Below are positions 30,548 through 46,055 of a stretch of DNA of 64,000 nt, in pieces. Origin of the DNA: Chrysomallon squamiferum (lineage: Eukaryota > Animalia > Mollusca); the NCBI GenBank assembly GCA_012295275.1, contig CM022669.1, positions 18,910,001 to 18,974,000 on the forward strand, in the 5' to 3' direction. The notes below the pieces were generated by a model. That model ran no database searches and was not told the origin of the DNA. It saw only the letters and a list, made by a program, of their open reading frames with translations. Within the stretch, counting starts at the first letter, position 1; every line of letters starts with the position of its first letter. Made by a program: the position numbers and the translations under genes.

Positions 30548-31679
30548 GGAATGAAACCTATCTCGACTCTAATCTTCTGAATCTTCTAAACGTTTCACGG
30601 ATTAACTGCGCATGCGTCGAACCACAGATAGATTAGAGGCACGTGTTCGAAGCCGCCAGCTATGAGTTTGTTTCAGGAAATAACATTCAAACACCTGCAG
30701 AAGACGTCAGGTTTTGAGGTTTTACAAAACTGTTATAAAAAATTGAAAAAGCAATTCTGATCCATTTTGGGCAGTCGGATAGATTTATATAATTACCTTC
30801 TTTTCTTTTTTCTTTTTTTCTTTTTTTCTTGACTCGCAATTGCAATTTTCTTTCTTTATTTATTTATTTATTTATTTATTTTTATTTATTTATTTATTTA
30901 TTTACTTAATTATTTACTTTTATTTTTATTTCATTTCATTTTATATCTTTCATTATTATTTTCATCGTCATCATCATCATCTTTATTATTATTACTATAA
31001 CTACTACTACTACTACTATTACTACTATTTGTTGGCGGTTTGTCAAACATTAAATTATTCATAATTGTCTAATACATCAAAAAAATCTGGCACACACCGA
31101 AGCAGCGGTCAGGAAGTCACGAATAAAATGCGACGTGTCGAAACTGATACTGATGAGTTTTGAGAAGAATTATGGGATAAAACTTCGTTTATTTTGTTTT
31201 TGAGGTAGATGGTCGTTGACTGCAGACCGCTAAATGGCTTTAAAAACCCGGCGTCTTACCGTGAACACATAAATGCTAACATTCAGCTGTGTTCAGCTGA
31301 TACGGAAAGGTTCATTGGTTTCAAAGGTCAAACAAGTGTCGACGTCACAATAATTTACCGACATCTTCGGGTTTTTGCTGGTGTACTCGTTATGTCACCG
31401 TATTCAGGAAGCAAGTTTGTACAACGATATCGATAAAAATAATAATAAAAATTAATAATAATAATAATAATAATAATAAAATGTTGCCTATTTTCTTTTC
31501 TTTTCTTTTAGTTAAATATATTTTCTTAAATCGGTATCATAAACTTGTGGCGTTAAAAATAGACACAAAATTAGATGAATTATTTTGTATTGTTCATGCT
31601 TAGTGAATGAATGAATCAGTGAATGCGTATAACGACACAAAACAGATCTTAATGTAAAGTGTGTGCATATATATATATA

Positions 31680-32015
31680 TACCGGATCAATTATCCGGAC
31701 TCCTTGGGGCCTGAGGCATTCCGGATTTCTGGATTTTCCGGTTTTCTGGTACCAAGGCAAGTAAAAATACGTAAATAATTAGGCATAAACATTTTAAAAT
31801 TAAAAACATAAAGAAAATGGATAATACACAACTGTGGCGACTCGATACGTAAACAATGCGGCGAGTAAATGAACGCCACGCAGCTTTGAAAGAGTAGTTC
31901 CTGTCTGGTTAGAACAACACCCGCGCGCGCGAAGTATGAAAATAGCGTCGGGAAAAAAATCCGGTTTTCCTGTCCCTCCGGATTTTAGGACGCCGAATAA
32001 TTGGTCCGGTACCTG
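31680..32015. mobile_element. pogo/Tigger-like (Tc1/mariner superfamily) MITE, ~335 bp
   Basis: Inverted repeats TACCGGATCAATTATCCGG (31680-31698) and reverse complement TACCGGACCAATTATTCGG (31993-32011), 17/19 match. Right end ...ACCTG followed by TA; left end abuts a (TA)n run. Repeated subterminal CCGGATTT/CCGGTTTT motifs. Confidence 0.75.
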
Positions 32016-32903
32016 TACTATTATATTACCAGACAGACGAACTTGGATGCATCTGTGTAGACATAAGTAAATGAGTAATTGTGTAAGCAAATAATAATAT
32101 AATATTATATTCATAATACACTAAATTTTGTGTATTACTTCGTAGATACACTGAAGGCTAAATGTATTTTATTTAAAAACAATAAACAAAACGTTATAAA
32201 AAAACACACACACACACACACACATATATATTCATCGCTTAAACATCATATTAGCTGTCAGTGAAAAGCAAAATAGCATCAGTTACGCATTTCACTTTTT
32301 TTTTTTAAAGATTTTGTTACGCTCTAAGCTTCTGACGTAATCGTCTGGGCGAGATTGTGCTGTAATTACTCGTGATGTTCTGTCCAGCACTCTGTAGCCC
32401 TGTTTCAAACCAGTGAGTGTTATTATAATCTTTAATCATCTTCCAGTCACGTAATAATTGATGAAAACTGCTGTTTTGGTTCTGTACTCAGTAACCCTTC
32501 ACGTGGAGATAGAAGAAAAATCCGTTAATGAACAAAAATCATTCTTTGAAAAAAAACGAAAACAAAAATGAAAATAAAAAAAGAAATATGAAGTCATCAC
32601 ATAATTTACTTTGTTTTTGGTTTATGTTCGAGTAAAAAACTGACTTTCTTTTCTTTCATGTTTGTTGTGTAAAATCTCACACAGAGCGTTAGAGAGTGTG
32701 TTTATTTATTTATTTTATTTTTTTAAATTAGATATTAAATTAAAACGTTGATGAGTGAAAAACTTTGATGACTGTGTATGTGGGTGTACGGCGTGTAAAA
32801 TTAATGTGTCAAAACTAGAATATCTTGAAGGCCTGACCAGTTGTTTTGTCAAAGGAGCAAATATGATCCGATATATATATTTCATACGAAAAGAGAGACA
32901 GAC

Positions 32904-33254
<351 letters not shown>

Positions 33255-33595
33255 GGCTTAATGCTTCTGAGGACATCAAACTCTAATCTGACAAACAAGA
33301 AACGTAAAATCTTGGTAACTAGTTTAACAGGGTGAGGAAATCAGTCTGAATTATGTTACGTCTTTCATTGATCTTTCAAGCTGATTTATTTCTGCTGGGA
33401 AAATGTGATTTTTATGATCTGCTGGGATTAGTTTTGTCAATTTTTGGCGGCTTCTAAGATGTCAGAAATAATGAAGAAGGGCGTTCGAAAAGTGAAAAAT
33501 ATTAAAGAGAATGACTTCTTTGTATTCCGTTATTCTTCAAGGTTATTTCGTTTACTTTATTTAATTTTATTTCAGTTATACGGTGGATATTTTGC

Positions 33596-33632
<37 letters not shown>

Positions 33633-34600
33633 GCTGTTTCTTTTTCGTTTTTTATCATGTGTTGTGGTTGAATATATATATATATTTTTTTTTTTAACTT
33701 TATTTAAATTTGTCGTTATTTATTATTAATAAGTATTTCCTTTACTTTCTGTTTTTTTCTTCTTTTTCTTTATTTTAACTCTTTGGTTTTGGGAGTATTA
33801 ATATTTGTTTCATTTATGTTTTTGTCTTGTGTGTATGTACGGCAGACAAACACACACAAAGAAGAAAAATCACAGGACTTCCTTAATAGTTAAATGTGTC
33901 CGTCTTTTTCTGTGACTGTCTGTATTCTGGTATGTCTGATGCTGTTCTTTCTTAACAAAACAAAATCAAACTACAATTAAAATATGGATTGCCTGTTCAT
34001 AATTCTCATATTTACTTTGCAACCAATTGACAATTGACATTTTAAAAACAATCGCTCCCTATCAAATGAAAATCGATCAAAACAGTAAAAGACTAAATAA
34101 TATACCTGTTCATGTTTTAGTAGTTACGTCTCCTGTATTTTTGATCTATATTAAAAATAAGAAAAAAAAGATGATTAATGATGATGTCTGGCACGAACTT
34201 CGAACATACGAGGCGAGACAAGTGACTGCGTTACTCAAATGAAGTGATTACGTTCAAAGGTTTATGAAGTGCTAATTGAAAAGAAATATAAGTTCGTGTC
34301 ACAATTAAAGTGTCTCTGACATTTACCTGCAGACAGGTAGACAGGTAGACAAAATAGTCTTGAGGATCGATTGGTTGAAGAATAGATTTCAAATTAGTTT
34401 AACTTTTGAGATTTTTTTTTTTTTTTTTGATCTTTTTAAATATTTCATCTGGCTTAGATAAATTTAAATTTTTCTATGCAGGGCTCATCTGTCAGTTATT
34501 GTAGTAAGAGTCGTTGTAGTTACTGATTTTATAGCAATATGAGAAGAAATAGTAGTAGTAGTAGTAGTAGTAGTAATAGTAGCAGTAGTAGTAGTAGTAA

Positions 34601-34631
<31 letters not shown>

Positions 34632-35291
34632 CATCTTTTCCCGATACATGCAGTAATAATATTACTCAGATTTCATATGTTTAAGAACTAATACAAGAGA
34701 AAAGAAGAACGAAAAAAGAAAGAAACTGAGAATGGAAGAATAAATGTCATAAAGAATGAATGAAAAAAGTTTACGAAAATGTAATGAAAATAGAAAGAAA
34801 ATAATGAGGTGAAAAAACAAAGAAAGAATCAAGATGCCACCCCCGCAAAAAAACAAAAACAACAAACAAACAAAAAAACAACAAACAAACAAAAAAACAA
34901 AAAGCAACAACCATGCCTCGGATAAACATTAATGACTATGGTACCACCACTGCGCAAAATGACTGAAACATTACAAAACAGTTTCATTTAGTGTCACGTG
35001 ATCAAAGTAACGCGCCAAACAGTATCTGACGTCTGCTTTTATTAACTGATTTAAAATGACTGTTCGTTTGCTTTGAATCACTAACAAAGTCGATGTTTTA
35101 TTTCCCGTCTTTGACATCGAGAACAGCGTAAACAGAAAACGGAACAAAAACTAAAATAAGAATAAAAAATAAATAAATAAAAAGTATAATAAAGTAGAAG
35201 AAAAGTTAACAAAAAATAAAGGAAATTTGCATCAAACTCCCACACAAATACATTCTAGCTTCTTAATATGGATACGCAATTTGCTTTGTGT

Positions 35292-35389
<98 letters not shown>

Positions 35390-37476
35390 GAGTGTTGAAT
35401 TAATTCGGTGTAAATATTTTAATACCAAGGACGTTAATGTTTTATGGGACATTTTGGTAGGTTTATTTATAATTACGTGTGTGGATGCGGCTAATTTTGT
35501 CGTGGCTGCCGTGGGCACCATTTTGTGAGGAGAAATCAACCGGATTTTAAAGATTCGATATTTAATTATATAAATAGCTGTTTTGTTTGTTGCTGCTGTT
35601 GTCAATGTGTGTGGCGTGGTTTTGTGGGAAGGCATTTGTTTGTTTTTATTACGATTATCTATTTATTTTTTTATTTTTTTTGTATGTTTTCTTTTTTATT
35701 TTTTATTTTTATTTGCTTTTCTTATTATTTGTGTATGTGTGTCTTTTTTTTTATCTTTTTTTTTATTGTTGTATAGGGGGTAAATCTGTTGACCGATTAA
35801 GAAATCCTCTCAAATTTTCCCTTTTTTTACAATCACAAAATATATCTGATTATTACATTTTCAGTTTCACACAAGCAATGAAGCGCGTATCATGCGAGAG
35901 ATGCCTGGATGGAAGCGAGAAATAAAACATTACACCAGTCACTGTGTTAAACAGCTTGTCTTCTCAGACTTACAGTTCAGATATTGATATATTATTACTC
36001 TTGTGTTGCCAGGAACAAAGATCGGAGGAGCTTGGATTAAGAGTCAGTTTAGCGTGCTTTGAATTTTAATACGGTGACAATGAACTGAAGTCACTGTTAC
36101 AGAAAAAAAAAAAGATGGCGGAGGCACGTGGATCAAATGTCCACTTAACGTGCTCCGACTTTTAATAGAAAATAAATTCAAATCAAAACTCGAGTTGTAA
36201 CTTCTGTCACAAAGACCTCTCCTAACGAACTAACATACTAACAGAAAACCAGGCAGATAATGTAATCTTCTTGTAATGAATTCAATTACGATGTTTTAAA
36301 AATTCGATCTGGTTTTTTTCATTCTTTTTTTTTTTGCTTTCTCTCTTTCTTTCTTTCAAAAAATAACTTTCAATCGCTGGATTGCGTGCCCACCTTATTA
36401 TACCTGAACATCTATTAGAAGAATTGGACGAAAATGACTTAAATACGACCGTCTGTATCATTGAAATGTCACATCAGTTTAGTTTTTCTAAAAGCATCTA
36501 GAGTAGGACTTGAGTTTCTTTTGTTTTCTCAACAAACAAAGCTTGCTTAGGATAAATTTGTTTTGACACCGTTAAAACCAAGCAAACTCGGTTAAATGGG
36601 TTTTTTTGTTGTAAGACTGCGTTCTCACAAAGCGACCCGTGTTGTTAATTGCGAATGGAAGATAATCGTCTATTGTTTTCTGGTTTAGCTAAACACGTTA
36701 ACTGGGATTTGATCAACAAACAACATGTCGGAGATGGAAATAATTTTAGATCCTTCATTCTTTTTAATTAAAAAAAAAAAATGTTTTGTTGTTTTCTTTT
36801 TGTTTATAACTTTAATTGAGAAATATAATTAAAATATGCCACTAAAATAATATTTGTATATAGTTAATTCCGAATGTTGGTAAAGTAGGACATGTCTCAG
36901 AATGTCTTCCGTTGAAAGAACAATTGATTATATATATATTAAATATAGTTAGGCAAAAGAATTAGTTTGTTGTCTATGCATTACACAGAAGTGTAAAAAC
37001 CAAAAATGTTAACACTCTTTCGGCAAGTAACCAATCGTAGGAGGTTTTTTTGGTTTAAAATTACCAGCTCAGAAAAACAGAAGCGAGTGACCGCCATTTG
37101 CCGCCGAGATGACAGTGTTCGTCTGCGATGATACGTTTCTATTAATAGAAATCGACGCAGGCAACAATTGATAATATTTTAGGAAACCTTTGCCTCATTG
37201 CGTATCTCATTATTGTTTATGGCGATATCTAATTAAAGTATAAAACTACGACTCACTTAAATCGTAAATATGTTATTTTCGTGTTTGTGATCTGTCAGGG
37301 TGAATGTACGCCTCCCTGTCCACGTACACAGCGAAAAAAATGTTAGAAAGTTTAAACTCAGTTATCTGTTGTTTTATTTAGCTTATTAATCATTGCTCTC
37401 TGATTATTTGTTTATTGTTGTTTATTTATTTATATATTTTATGTTTGTTGGTTAATATTTATTATTGTTATTATTA

Positions 37477-37543
<67 letters not shown>

Positions 37544-38140
37544 AATTATATATATATTTCTTTTACTCAGTAATATTTCCAAGTGTTTAATTAAAAAAAA
37601 CAACTTCTTGAGAATTATGTAAGCAAATAAATGACTGATAAACATACAAAATAAATAAATAAATAAATAAATTGATTAGCAGTCTATTACAAGTATCAAT
37701 ATTTATCTCTTTAATAATTATCTTTGTTTTAGAAGAGATAATACGACTTGTAAACACTTCATCATTACGATTGTTCGTAATACGAAAAAGAAAACGTTTA
37801 CTTAGCTAAGCTAACTTTTTGTATGCACTTTATCGTGACATCAAGTCTTGGTCACCGTGCCTTTGTCGGTCTGTCTGTCCATCTTCTACGTGTCTGCAGG
37901 TGTTTATGTATAATTATGTTTCATGATTTATAACAATCTATAACCCATGCTGTAAACAGCTCTGTTTTTCTTGTGTTTGATCTTAATAGAATTTAGCATG
38001 AAATAACCAGTTGAAAATAGATTGATTTTTAGACAAATATATTTTCTAAAAATACCTTTTGAACAACATAAACCGAGTTTTCAATTATTTGTAATTTTTT
38101 TTTTTTTTTTTTTTTTGGTTTTTTTTTTTTTTTTTTTTTT

Positions 38141-38400
38141 CTGCGGTGGATCCTGATTCTCAGTGATGTTACGAAGCATGCCAAGTCCTGGGATCAATTC
38201 CCTTAAGTGCCTCCTTTTGACTATTTCCAGTTCCAGTCAGTATTGTAGTACTAGTATATTACCTCAGGTTATGCTAAGCGGTTTGTTTGACTATGAACAG
38301 AACATACACAAGCAGCTCCACTGTTCATCTCTAAGAACAGCCACAGGGCCCTCATCTAGCTGAGGACTGGTTTTAATACTTAAAACATCGATTGTTAACA
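38141..38400 (+). mobile_element. Decayed tRNA-derived SINE
   Basis: GC-richer island with A-box-like CTCAGTGA and B-box-like GGGATCAATTCCC, followed by GACTATTTCCAGTTCCAGTCAG...ACTAGTATAT. This resembles gastropod Meta/MESC-core SINE sequence as I recall it (memory, not aligned). Confidence 0.45.
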
Positions 38401-38612
38401 TTTGTGTATTTATTTCAGTCGGAAGCATTTTTAATGGCTACATTTTGTTCCGATTTGTAAAACTTAATAACGATGTTTTGTAATAAGGCATTAAAAAAAA
38501 AAAAATAATAATAATAATAATAAATAAATAAATCTTTCTAGAAATAAAAAATTTAATTTGAACATCACACTGATATTATAATACAGATTTTTCTAAAACT
38601 GCAAGAAAAAAA

Positions 38613-38800
<188 letters not shown>

Positions 38801-40498
38801 TTCCCATCCCCGTACTGCTTTCGTCTTGGTTTGGTAGCAAGTCAGCCATTATTATCTCTTTTCTTCCAGAGTTATCACCCCTGTCGGCATTGCGTGACAA
38901 ATACAACGTTTGTAATGTTATTCCTGTCACAAGCAACCTATACGATGGAGACTTTACTGACTGATGAACGACTTGCGTAGACAACATATTTTCAGCTTCG
39001 CTAATTAAGTCTATTTTCTTACCCTTTTGTAGCTTTTGCCTTTAATTCGAAAAAACATTAAGTTCTTAGTGTCGTCATTTTTTAAATGTGGTTGATCCCT
39101 CTATGATTTTATGTTATTTTATATATACATGGCCGCAGCTAGACTTTTCTTTTAAATGAGGCAAAAACTGATGTCTTTGAAGTCAACTAAGTTTTTCATC
39201 GCAACGATGTCGATAGACTTCAAACGGTAAATGTACACATAAACGAATTCATTCGGTGGATATCGTTTCTATCGAAATAGAAATTTATATTTTATATTTT
39301 TTAAATAAAATCTTTGTATTAAAAACAAAAATAAAATAAAATGATAAAATAAGGAAGAAAAATCGTCAATTTCTATATGAGGCATTTGCCTCATTTTTTG
39401 CCTGAATGTAGTTACGGTTTTTATATATATATATATATTTATTAGTTTTTAAAATCTTGTTTTATCGTTGATGGTAAGGTAAAGTTAATGTTCTGCAATG
39501 TGCAATACTGTTTAAATGTGTACGTAACGTAATCATCGTACACAGTCACGCGCATGAACATACACACACAGACACAAAAAAATAAATACACAGAAACACA
39601 CAAACACATACACGCACACACATGCGGGTGTAATGCGGAACATGCAGCGTAAGTTAGAACAACATTGCATTGATCAGTGATGACTCGCTGATCAGACTTA
39701 AAACCAAATTCGCGACGTGAGTCTAGCTTTCTCCCAAACTCATCAACCAGAGTCATAATCCACACACAGAAACAACTCTCATGTATTAAACTGTAGTTTA
39801 ATGACAACAAAATTGCGTTGGCCTTTTGTACAGAAAATGTTACATCCGGGAAAGATATTAACGCGAAGATCTATGGAATCGCGTCCCGAATTTGGCATCC
39901 AACTAGTATTGTTAACCCGAGTCAAAATCCAGGCACGGATGAAGCCATCACGTTAATTCAAAACAGTATTTTCTTGTTGTTTTTTTGTGGGATAAGGTTT
40001 CGAATTTGGTTTTTACCCTTTATTAACCCGAAACATATTAATTGCATGGAAGAGTCATAGATTAAACAATACCGCGATGCATCACGGTAATGTTTTGACA
40101 TTTCGTGACGAGCTGACTGCAATGAATGCAAGACGTTAACACGAAAGTGTGTGGGATCGCGACTTCGCACTGGCTTTTAATTAAAGATGCATGTGACACT
40201 TTGACCTTTTCGTAACTGATGAGCGTACAAATTAAAACTTCACGTCATTCTGACTGAAATTCATCGTAATTAAAAATATTAATTAATGTCAGAATTACTC
40301 CGACTACAAAACCACGCGTTGTTGTAGAATCGCAAAAACTCAATCGAACTCACACGTTTTCTTGTTTGTTCAAAAATCTATACTGTGAGCACGGAAAGGT
40401 GCACTATATTCGATCGTTTTTTTTTTTTTTTTTTTTTTTTTTTGGTTTGCTAGTTTGTTTGTTTGTTTGTTTTCCATTTATTTTATTTTTTGTTGATG

Positions 40499-40533
<35 letters not shown>

Positions 40534-40869
40534 TTTTTTATTTTATTTTATTTTATTTTATTTTATTTTATTTTATTTTGTTGTTATTTCTTATCTCACG
40601 TATTTAATAAACTCTGATAAAGAAACGCAGATGCAGTGTCTGAAAAAAAAAAAAAAGTCAACAACGATTACGTTTAACACAACTCATCGGCTAACTGTGT
40701 ATGACAGATGAGCGTGTTTTCATATCAAAACAGTCAAATACTAAAAGGGTTTTCTTCGGGTCGTTTCAATTATAGCAGAGCTGTGTTGGCTTTACGTAGC
40801 AGTGTTAGTATTTAACAGTAATAACAGCATTCTCTGATTGTGGAAAATATGTCACAAAAGTTGAAGTTG

Positions 40870-41074
40870 TATGTATGTATGTGTGTGTATGTGGCTACGT
40901 ATATGAAAGGATTAATTTATTATGTATGTAGACTGGTATCGATGTACGTCATTATGTGTAGGTATGTTTATGTACACGTGTATGTATGTATGTATGCATG
41001 TACGTAATTGTGTATGTTTGTGCGTGTGTGTTTGTGGTTGTGTGTATTTGTGTGTTTGTGTGTGTGTGTATGTT

Positions 41075-41108
<34 letters not shown>

Positions 41109-41281
41109 TTGTGTGTGAGTGTGTGTGTATTTGTGTGTGTGTGTATGTTTGTGTATGTGTGTATGTTTGTGTGTGTGTTTGTGTGTGTGTGTTTGTGTGT
41201 GTGTGTTTGTGTGTGTGTATTTGTGTGTTTGTGTGTGTGTGTTTGTGTGTTTGTGTGTGTGTATGTGTGTGTGTGTGTGTA

Positions 41282-41372
<91 letters not shown>
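40870..41372. repeat. Degenerate (TG)n / TATG block
   Basis: About 500 bp of interrupted TG repeats; source of several spurious CV-rich ORFs. Confidence 0.95.
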
Positions 41373-41373
<1 letters not shown>

Positions 41374-41948
41374 GATGGATGGGTAGCTATACAAATAACG
41401 AGTTTTTATTATTATTACGTGTTCTTGCAACACATGCCAGCCTGACTACCAAAGTTCAGGCAAAAAGAGATTAAATTAAACTATTTTTATTATTATTGTT
41501 CTTATCGTCACTTCTACGGTTTACATGCACTAATAATTATTTATATCTCTAAAAAGTTATAACAAAAAACAACAATACATTTGCTTTCAACTCTGCTTTG
41601 CTGTCAAACTTTTTGTCTTTATTTTTATCTTTGCTTGTGCATTCTTCTGCTTAAGAGACTAAAAATATGTTTTTTAATAACTCTTCTGCTCATTCACTGG
41701 ACGTCAAAGTAATTTAGTTTCTATTTATATGTCTGGTGGTAAATAAACTTCATGACTTTTTGCTGTATTCAGTCGCGTGATTAAATACGTCTTAAGTATC
41801 AGATTTGCTGGATTAACAAATACGCAGTACAAAATCTCGTTAATACTGCAGAAATAGAACACAGGTTTTTATTTATTTTTAATTTTTTAATTTTGTTTTA
41901 TATAGATATATTTTTTTTTTTTTAAGCTGTAAACGTTTCTTGTTAGTG

Positions 41949-41980
<32 letters not shown>

Positions 41981-41982
41981 TA

Positions 41983-42036
<54 letters not shown>

Positions 42037-42850
42037 AGTTATCACGCGTTATCAAAGGAGTTTATTGTCAATATTTCAACAGATTTTATTTTATTTTCGT
42101 AACGCCAAAAGTCACGTTTTCTTTTCAGTCAGTGATTATTGTTTTTTTAGTGAAATTCTTTCCGTAATACGGTTATTTAATTTATTTTTTTAATAATAAA
42201 TGTCGACTTCTTGTCGAGTATTTGTTTTCTGTACCGACTGAAAAAATAAGTTTATTATATATAAAAAATCTGGGTTTTTATTTTTTAGGTTTTTTTTTTT
42301 ATTACCGTAATAAAGTCAAAAAGTGCAGGCAGTAGACGTCAGACGAAACTATTAATAAAATGAAAAATCTACAACTCGCAGTCATAGCAAAGCCAATTTT
42401 CTCAAAGTCTCGTTTTTCCTTTCAGTGTTGTTCTTCTTGTTTGTTTGTTATTAATATTATTCCTTTTTTTTTTATCGACATCGTCTTCAAAGATCACTGC
42501 TATCAAAGCTTTGAAAATTTTAAGTATATCCTTGGTTTATTTCTTTGAAGTGAACTATTTTATCTTTTATTTTTTCATATCTTTTTTTTTTATGCTGTTA
42601 AAACTGATAGGCTTAAAAGAGTGAACGACACGAAAGAGATACAATATAAATGAATCAGATAAATGGAACATCGTTCAAGACATGGTTTTTTTTTCAACTC
42701 ATCCTTCAAAACTAGGTCTCTTTTGGAGATTTATATACAAAACAGATCTATCAATATGTTTTTATAGTATTTTATTTTTAAGAACAGTATGAAAATATCA
42801 AATTACGAAATCAGTGCAGATAATTAACAAATGTATGTATAAGAAATTCT

Positions 42851-42940
<90 letters not shown>

Positions 42941-43728
42941 GTATGTATATATATATTTGAATATGTATAAATGTATATATAAATGCAGTTTTCGAGAATG
43001 ATGAATTAAATCGTCAAATTGGGTTTTCAGTGAAAACTGCCTGATTTGTTTTCTTCCGCTTCTCATCAATGGGTAGCTTTTCTTTTTCTTCTTCATTTCT
43101 TCATTATGGTCACCTTTCTATTTCTTCTTCTTCTTCTTCTTCTTCTTCTTCTTCTTCTTCTTCTTCTTCATGGATATTTTCTTTTTTTAATTTGCATCTT
43201 CATAAGTACCAGTTTTGTTTTTTTATTTGGACGTACATTTTACTTTTTTTTTATCTCTTACGACGTCTCTTCGTGATGATCTTTATCTTTTTTCGTCTTC
43301 TTCATAGTTATTTTTTCACTGTTACTTTTTTCTTCATTGTCATCCTAGGTACATTCTTCTTCTTCTTCTTAATTTTTCTTCTTCTTCTTCTTTTCATCAA
43401 ATTGACCATCACTTCGTTTAGGTGGTTACCACAGTGTGTCAGACGTTGATGTCACAAACACCAGTGACTAATGACGTTGATGAGCACGTGGCCGATGAAT
43501 CGCAATCAGCGACTAATTGCATCTTCAAAGTTCCATCATTTCGTCCTTGGGTGGATGTCACTTGTGTCTCCTTTCCTGTTATTTCCTGTTGCCCAGTTTG
43601 ACAGTTACACGGACAGACGGATGCATCTGACGTGTTTACTAGATCAAAAGTTTTTGTCCTTGATAGAATCCGTGAAAACCGTCATTTACATCACGTTACG
43701 TTTCTAGAGCAGGACGGAGTCCAAGAGA

Positions 43729-43810
<82 letters not shown>

Positions 43811-44035
43811 CCTCCCTCCCTCTATCTCTATCTCTCTCTCTATCTCTCTCTGTCTCTCTCTCATACTCTGTGTTGTTCCCTTTCTCTAATTTCCTCTGTC
43901 TCTATCTAATTCATTCTCATTCGCCCTGCCTCGCTCTCTCTCTCTCTTTCACTTATTCTATATCTCACTCTCACTTTCTTTCTGTCTCTGTCAGTCTCTT
44001 TCTCTTTCATCTCTTTTATCGGTCCACATCTAACA

Positions 44036-44076
<41 letters not shown>

Positions 44077-44109
44077 ATGTATAAACACATATATACATAT
44101 AAACATACA

Positions 44110-44150
<41 letters not shown>

Positions 44151-44849
44151 TGCTATAAAGCTGCTATAAAAAAGTGGTAGAGTTGTGCCGTTGTAGTGTT
44201 TTTTTCTCAACATCTATTATGCTTTGCTTCTCGTTAACTCTTTCATTCGATTGTTTTAAATGACTTTTCTTTTTCTAGAAGCAAATATTTCAAAGATTAT
44301 CAACATTTTTTTCACTCCCCAATTATTATTTGTGATTAAGATAATCTGCTAGATATGACTTACAAGATTTGCTCCTAGCTCAGCATTCATTATTGTCTTA
44401 ATGACTGGCCCCGGGGATCATACATTTTTGTAAATTATTTTTTCTTATCATGATTGTAATGGATCCCGCAACCCGCATAGGAAAAAAAAGCAATTATTGA
44501 TCAATTTAGATGATAATTGTAAAACACCGAGGAAAAAAAGAACTGAATTAAAAATAAAAGGGAAAGGAAAAAAATGTTATTTGGTCTGTCAGATAAAGAA
44601 AATTAAGTATACAAAAGACAATTTTATTGGATGTTGTAAACAAACTATCGACAGTGATAGAGTGTTGATAGTTTTTACAGCTCTGTAAACAGTTCAAAGC
44701 TATTTGAAATAATATGGCTTGATTACTCGAAGGAAATCAACACAAAAACTCCTATAAACAAGATTTATACAAAAAAAAAACCCACAACAAAAAAACAACT
44801 AATGCACTCAATCGTACTTCCGCCACTGTAGCAATTAGATGCGTCAGCA

Positions 44850-44954
<105 letters not shown>

Positions 44955-45259
44955 AAACTGGACAGCAGCTCAACTAACACTGAAGATCTACAGGATCAGT
45001 TCTCCGCGGTCGTGCAGACAGACTATTTTTCTTTCCATTCAGGATCACACAACACCTATTATCAGATATTTAAATATAATTGTGTCCTGAATTTAGGAAC
45101 GAATCCTTTTGTTAATCCGTGAAACTAACTCACAAAGTCTGTGTGATCTCTGATAGCAGTTCGTATTCATATTTTTATTTGTCGCTATAGTAAAGGTTTA
45201 TTTATTCATCTTCTTTCGAAATTAATGTATTTCTGACAATGGGCGTTTTTCTTCCGCTA

Positions 45260-45308
<49 letters not shown>

Positions 45309-45805
45309 CTGTTATTATTATTTTGAATCACCCACGCTCATATGCTAAAATTACCAACAAGGAAGATATTATTATTATTATTATTATCATGGTGATTACA
45401 TTACCTCCCTTTGTATTGCCTTTGTTTATGAGTTCACACGTCGGCGCGCGGACATTCCGGGGAGAGAGGTCTCCCGCGAGTTATTTACCAGAACTGAAGA
45501 AACGTTTGTAGAACAAAGAACAACAGATGACTGAATATTTAATAATTTCTGAGGTTATCTGGTGTGTAGCTTTTGTTATGGTTCTACGTATCCTGTATTT
45601 CAAGCTATTGTCTTCGTTGAAGGAAACAGACGCCAGAAATGTTGCTGATAAAATCAGTTTAATTAGGTTAATAAAAGATTCATTTGTTTTTACAACTATT
45701 TTCATTTGGTTGTATTATTACTTGCTTCCAATTTTTGTACGGTTTAAACTGACATAAAAAATGTATACACAAACGCATTGTGTTTTCAGTGTTCGATATC
45801 AACAA

Positions 45806-46055
45806 ATGAGTTATAATTATAGAATGCGTAAACACTGAAAAACAGTGTGGTATTTTTGAAGAGGTTAGACTCGGAAATATCGGTGCGTAAACTCTGTGAA
45901 CTGTTTGGTGTTGGCTATTCGCCTGTTAACACGATCTCAATGCGAGTATTGTATCCAGTTTACGTCTACAGCGAGTTAACGTTCCTGAAGTCGGTAAATT
46001 CCGTTAATTTGCACGATTGGTTCCGTGTGACGCCGAGTTTTAGAACTTCTCCCTG
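45806..46055 (+). mobile_element. Internally deleted Tigger/pogo transposon relic with an N-terminal helix-turn-helix (CENP-B/psq type) fragment
   Basis: About 45853-45936 encodes FLKRLDSEISVRKLCELFGVGYSPVNTI, the pattern of the first HTH of pogo/Tigger/Jerky proteins, preceded by a broken MSYNYRMRKH* start. About 120 bp later is a TIR-like end ...CCGAGTTTTAGAACTTCTCCCTG|TA. Left end not confidently located. Confidence 0.6.

Noticed and set aside
38163-38275. ...SILPQ|GTTATG as the missing TM4 exon ending in PQ
   Set aside because: The upstream peptide has no DRY motif or TM4 tryptophan and is not hydrophobic; the donor is poor and the region fits a SINE relic better.
38095-38370. Minus-strand processed pseudogene suggested by the adjacent poly-T
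   Set aside because: No target-site duplication or coding similarity seen, and poly-T runs are common throughout the window.
44988-45020. TACAGGATCAGTTCT as the left TIR of the Tigger relic ending at 46055
   Set aside because: Only a short gapped match to the right end (TACAGGGAGAAGTTCT), too weak to set a boundary.
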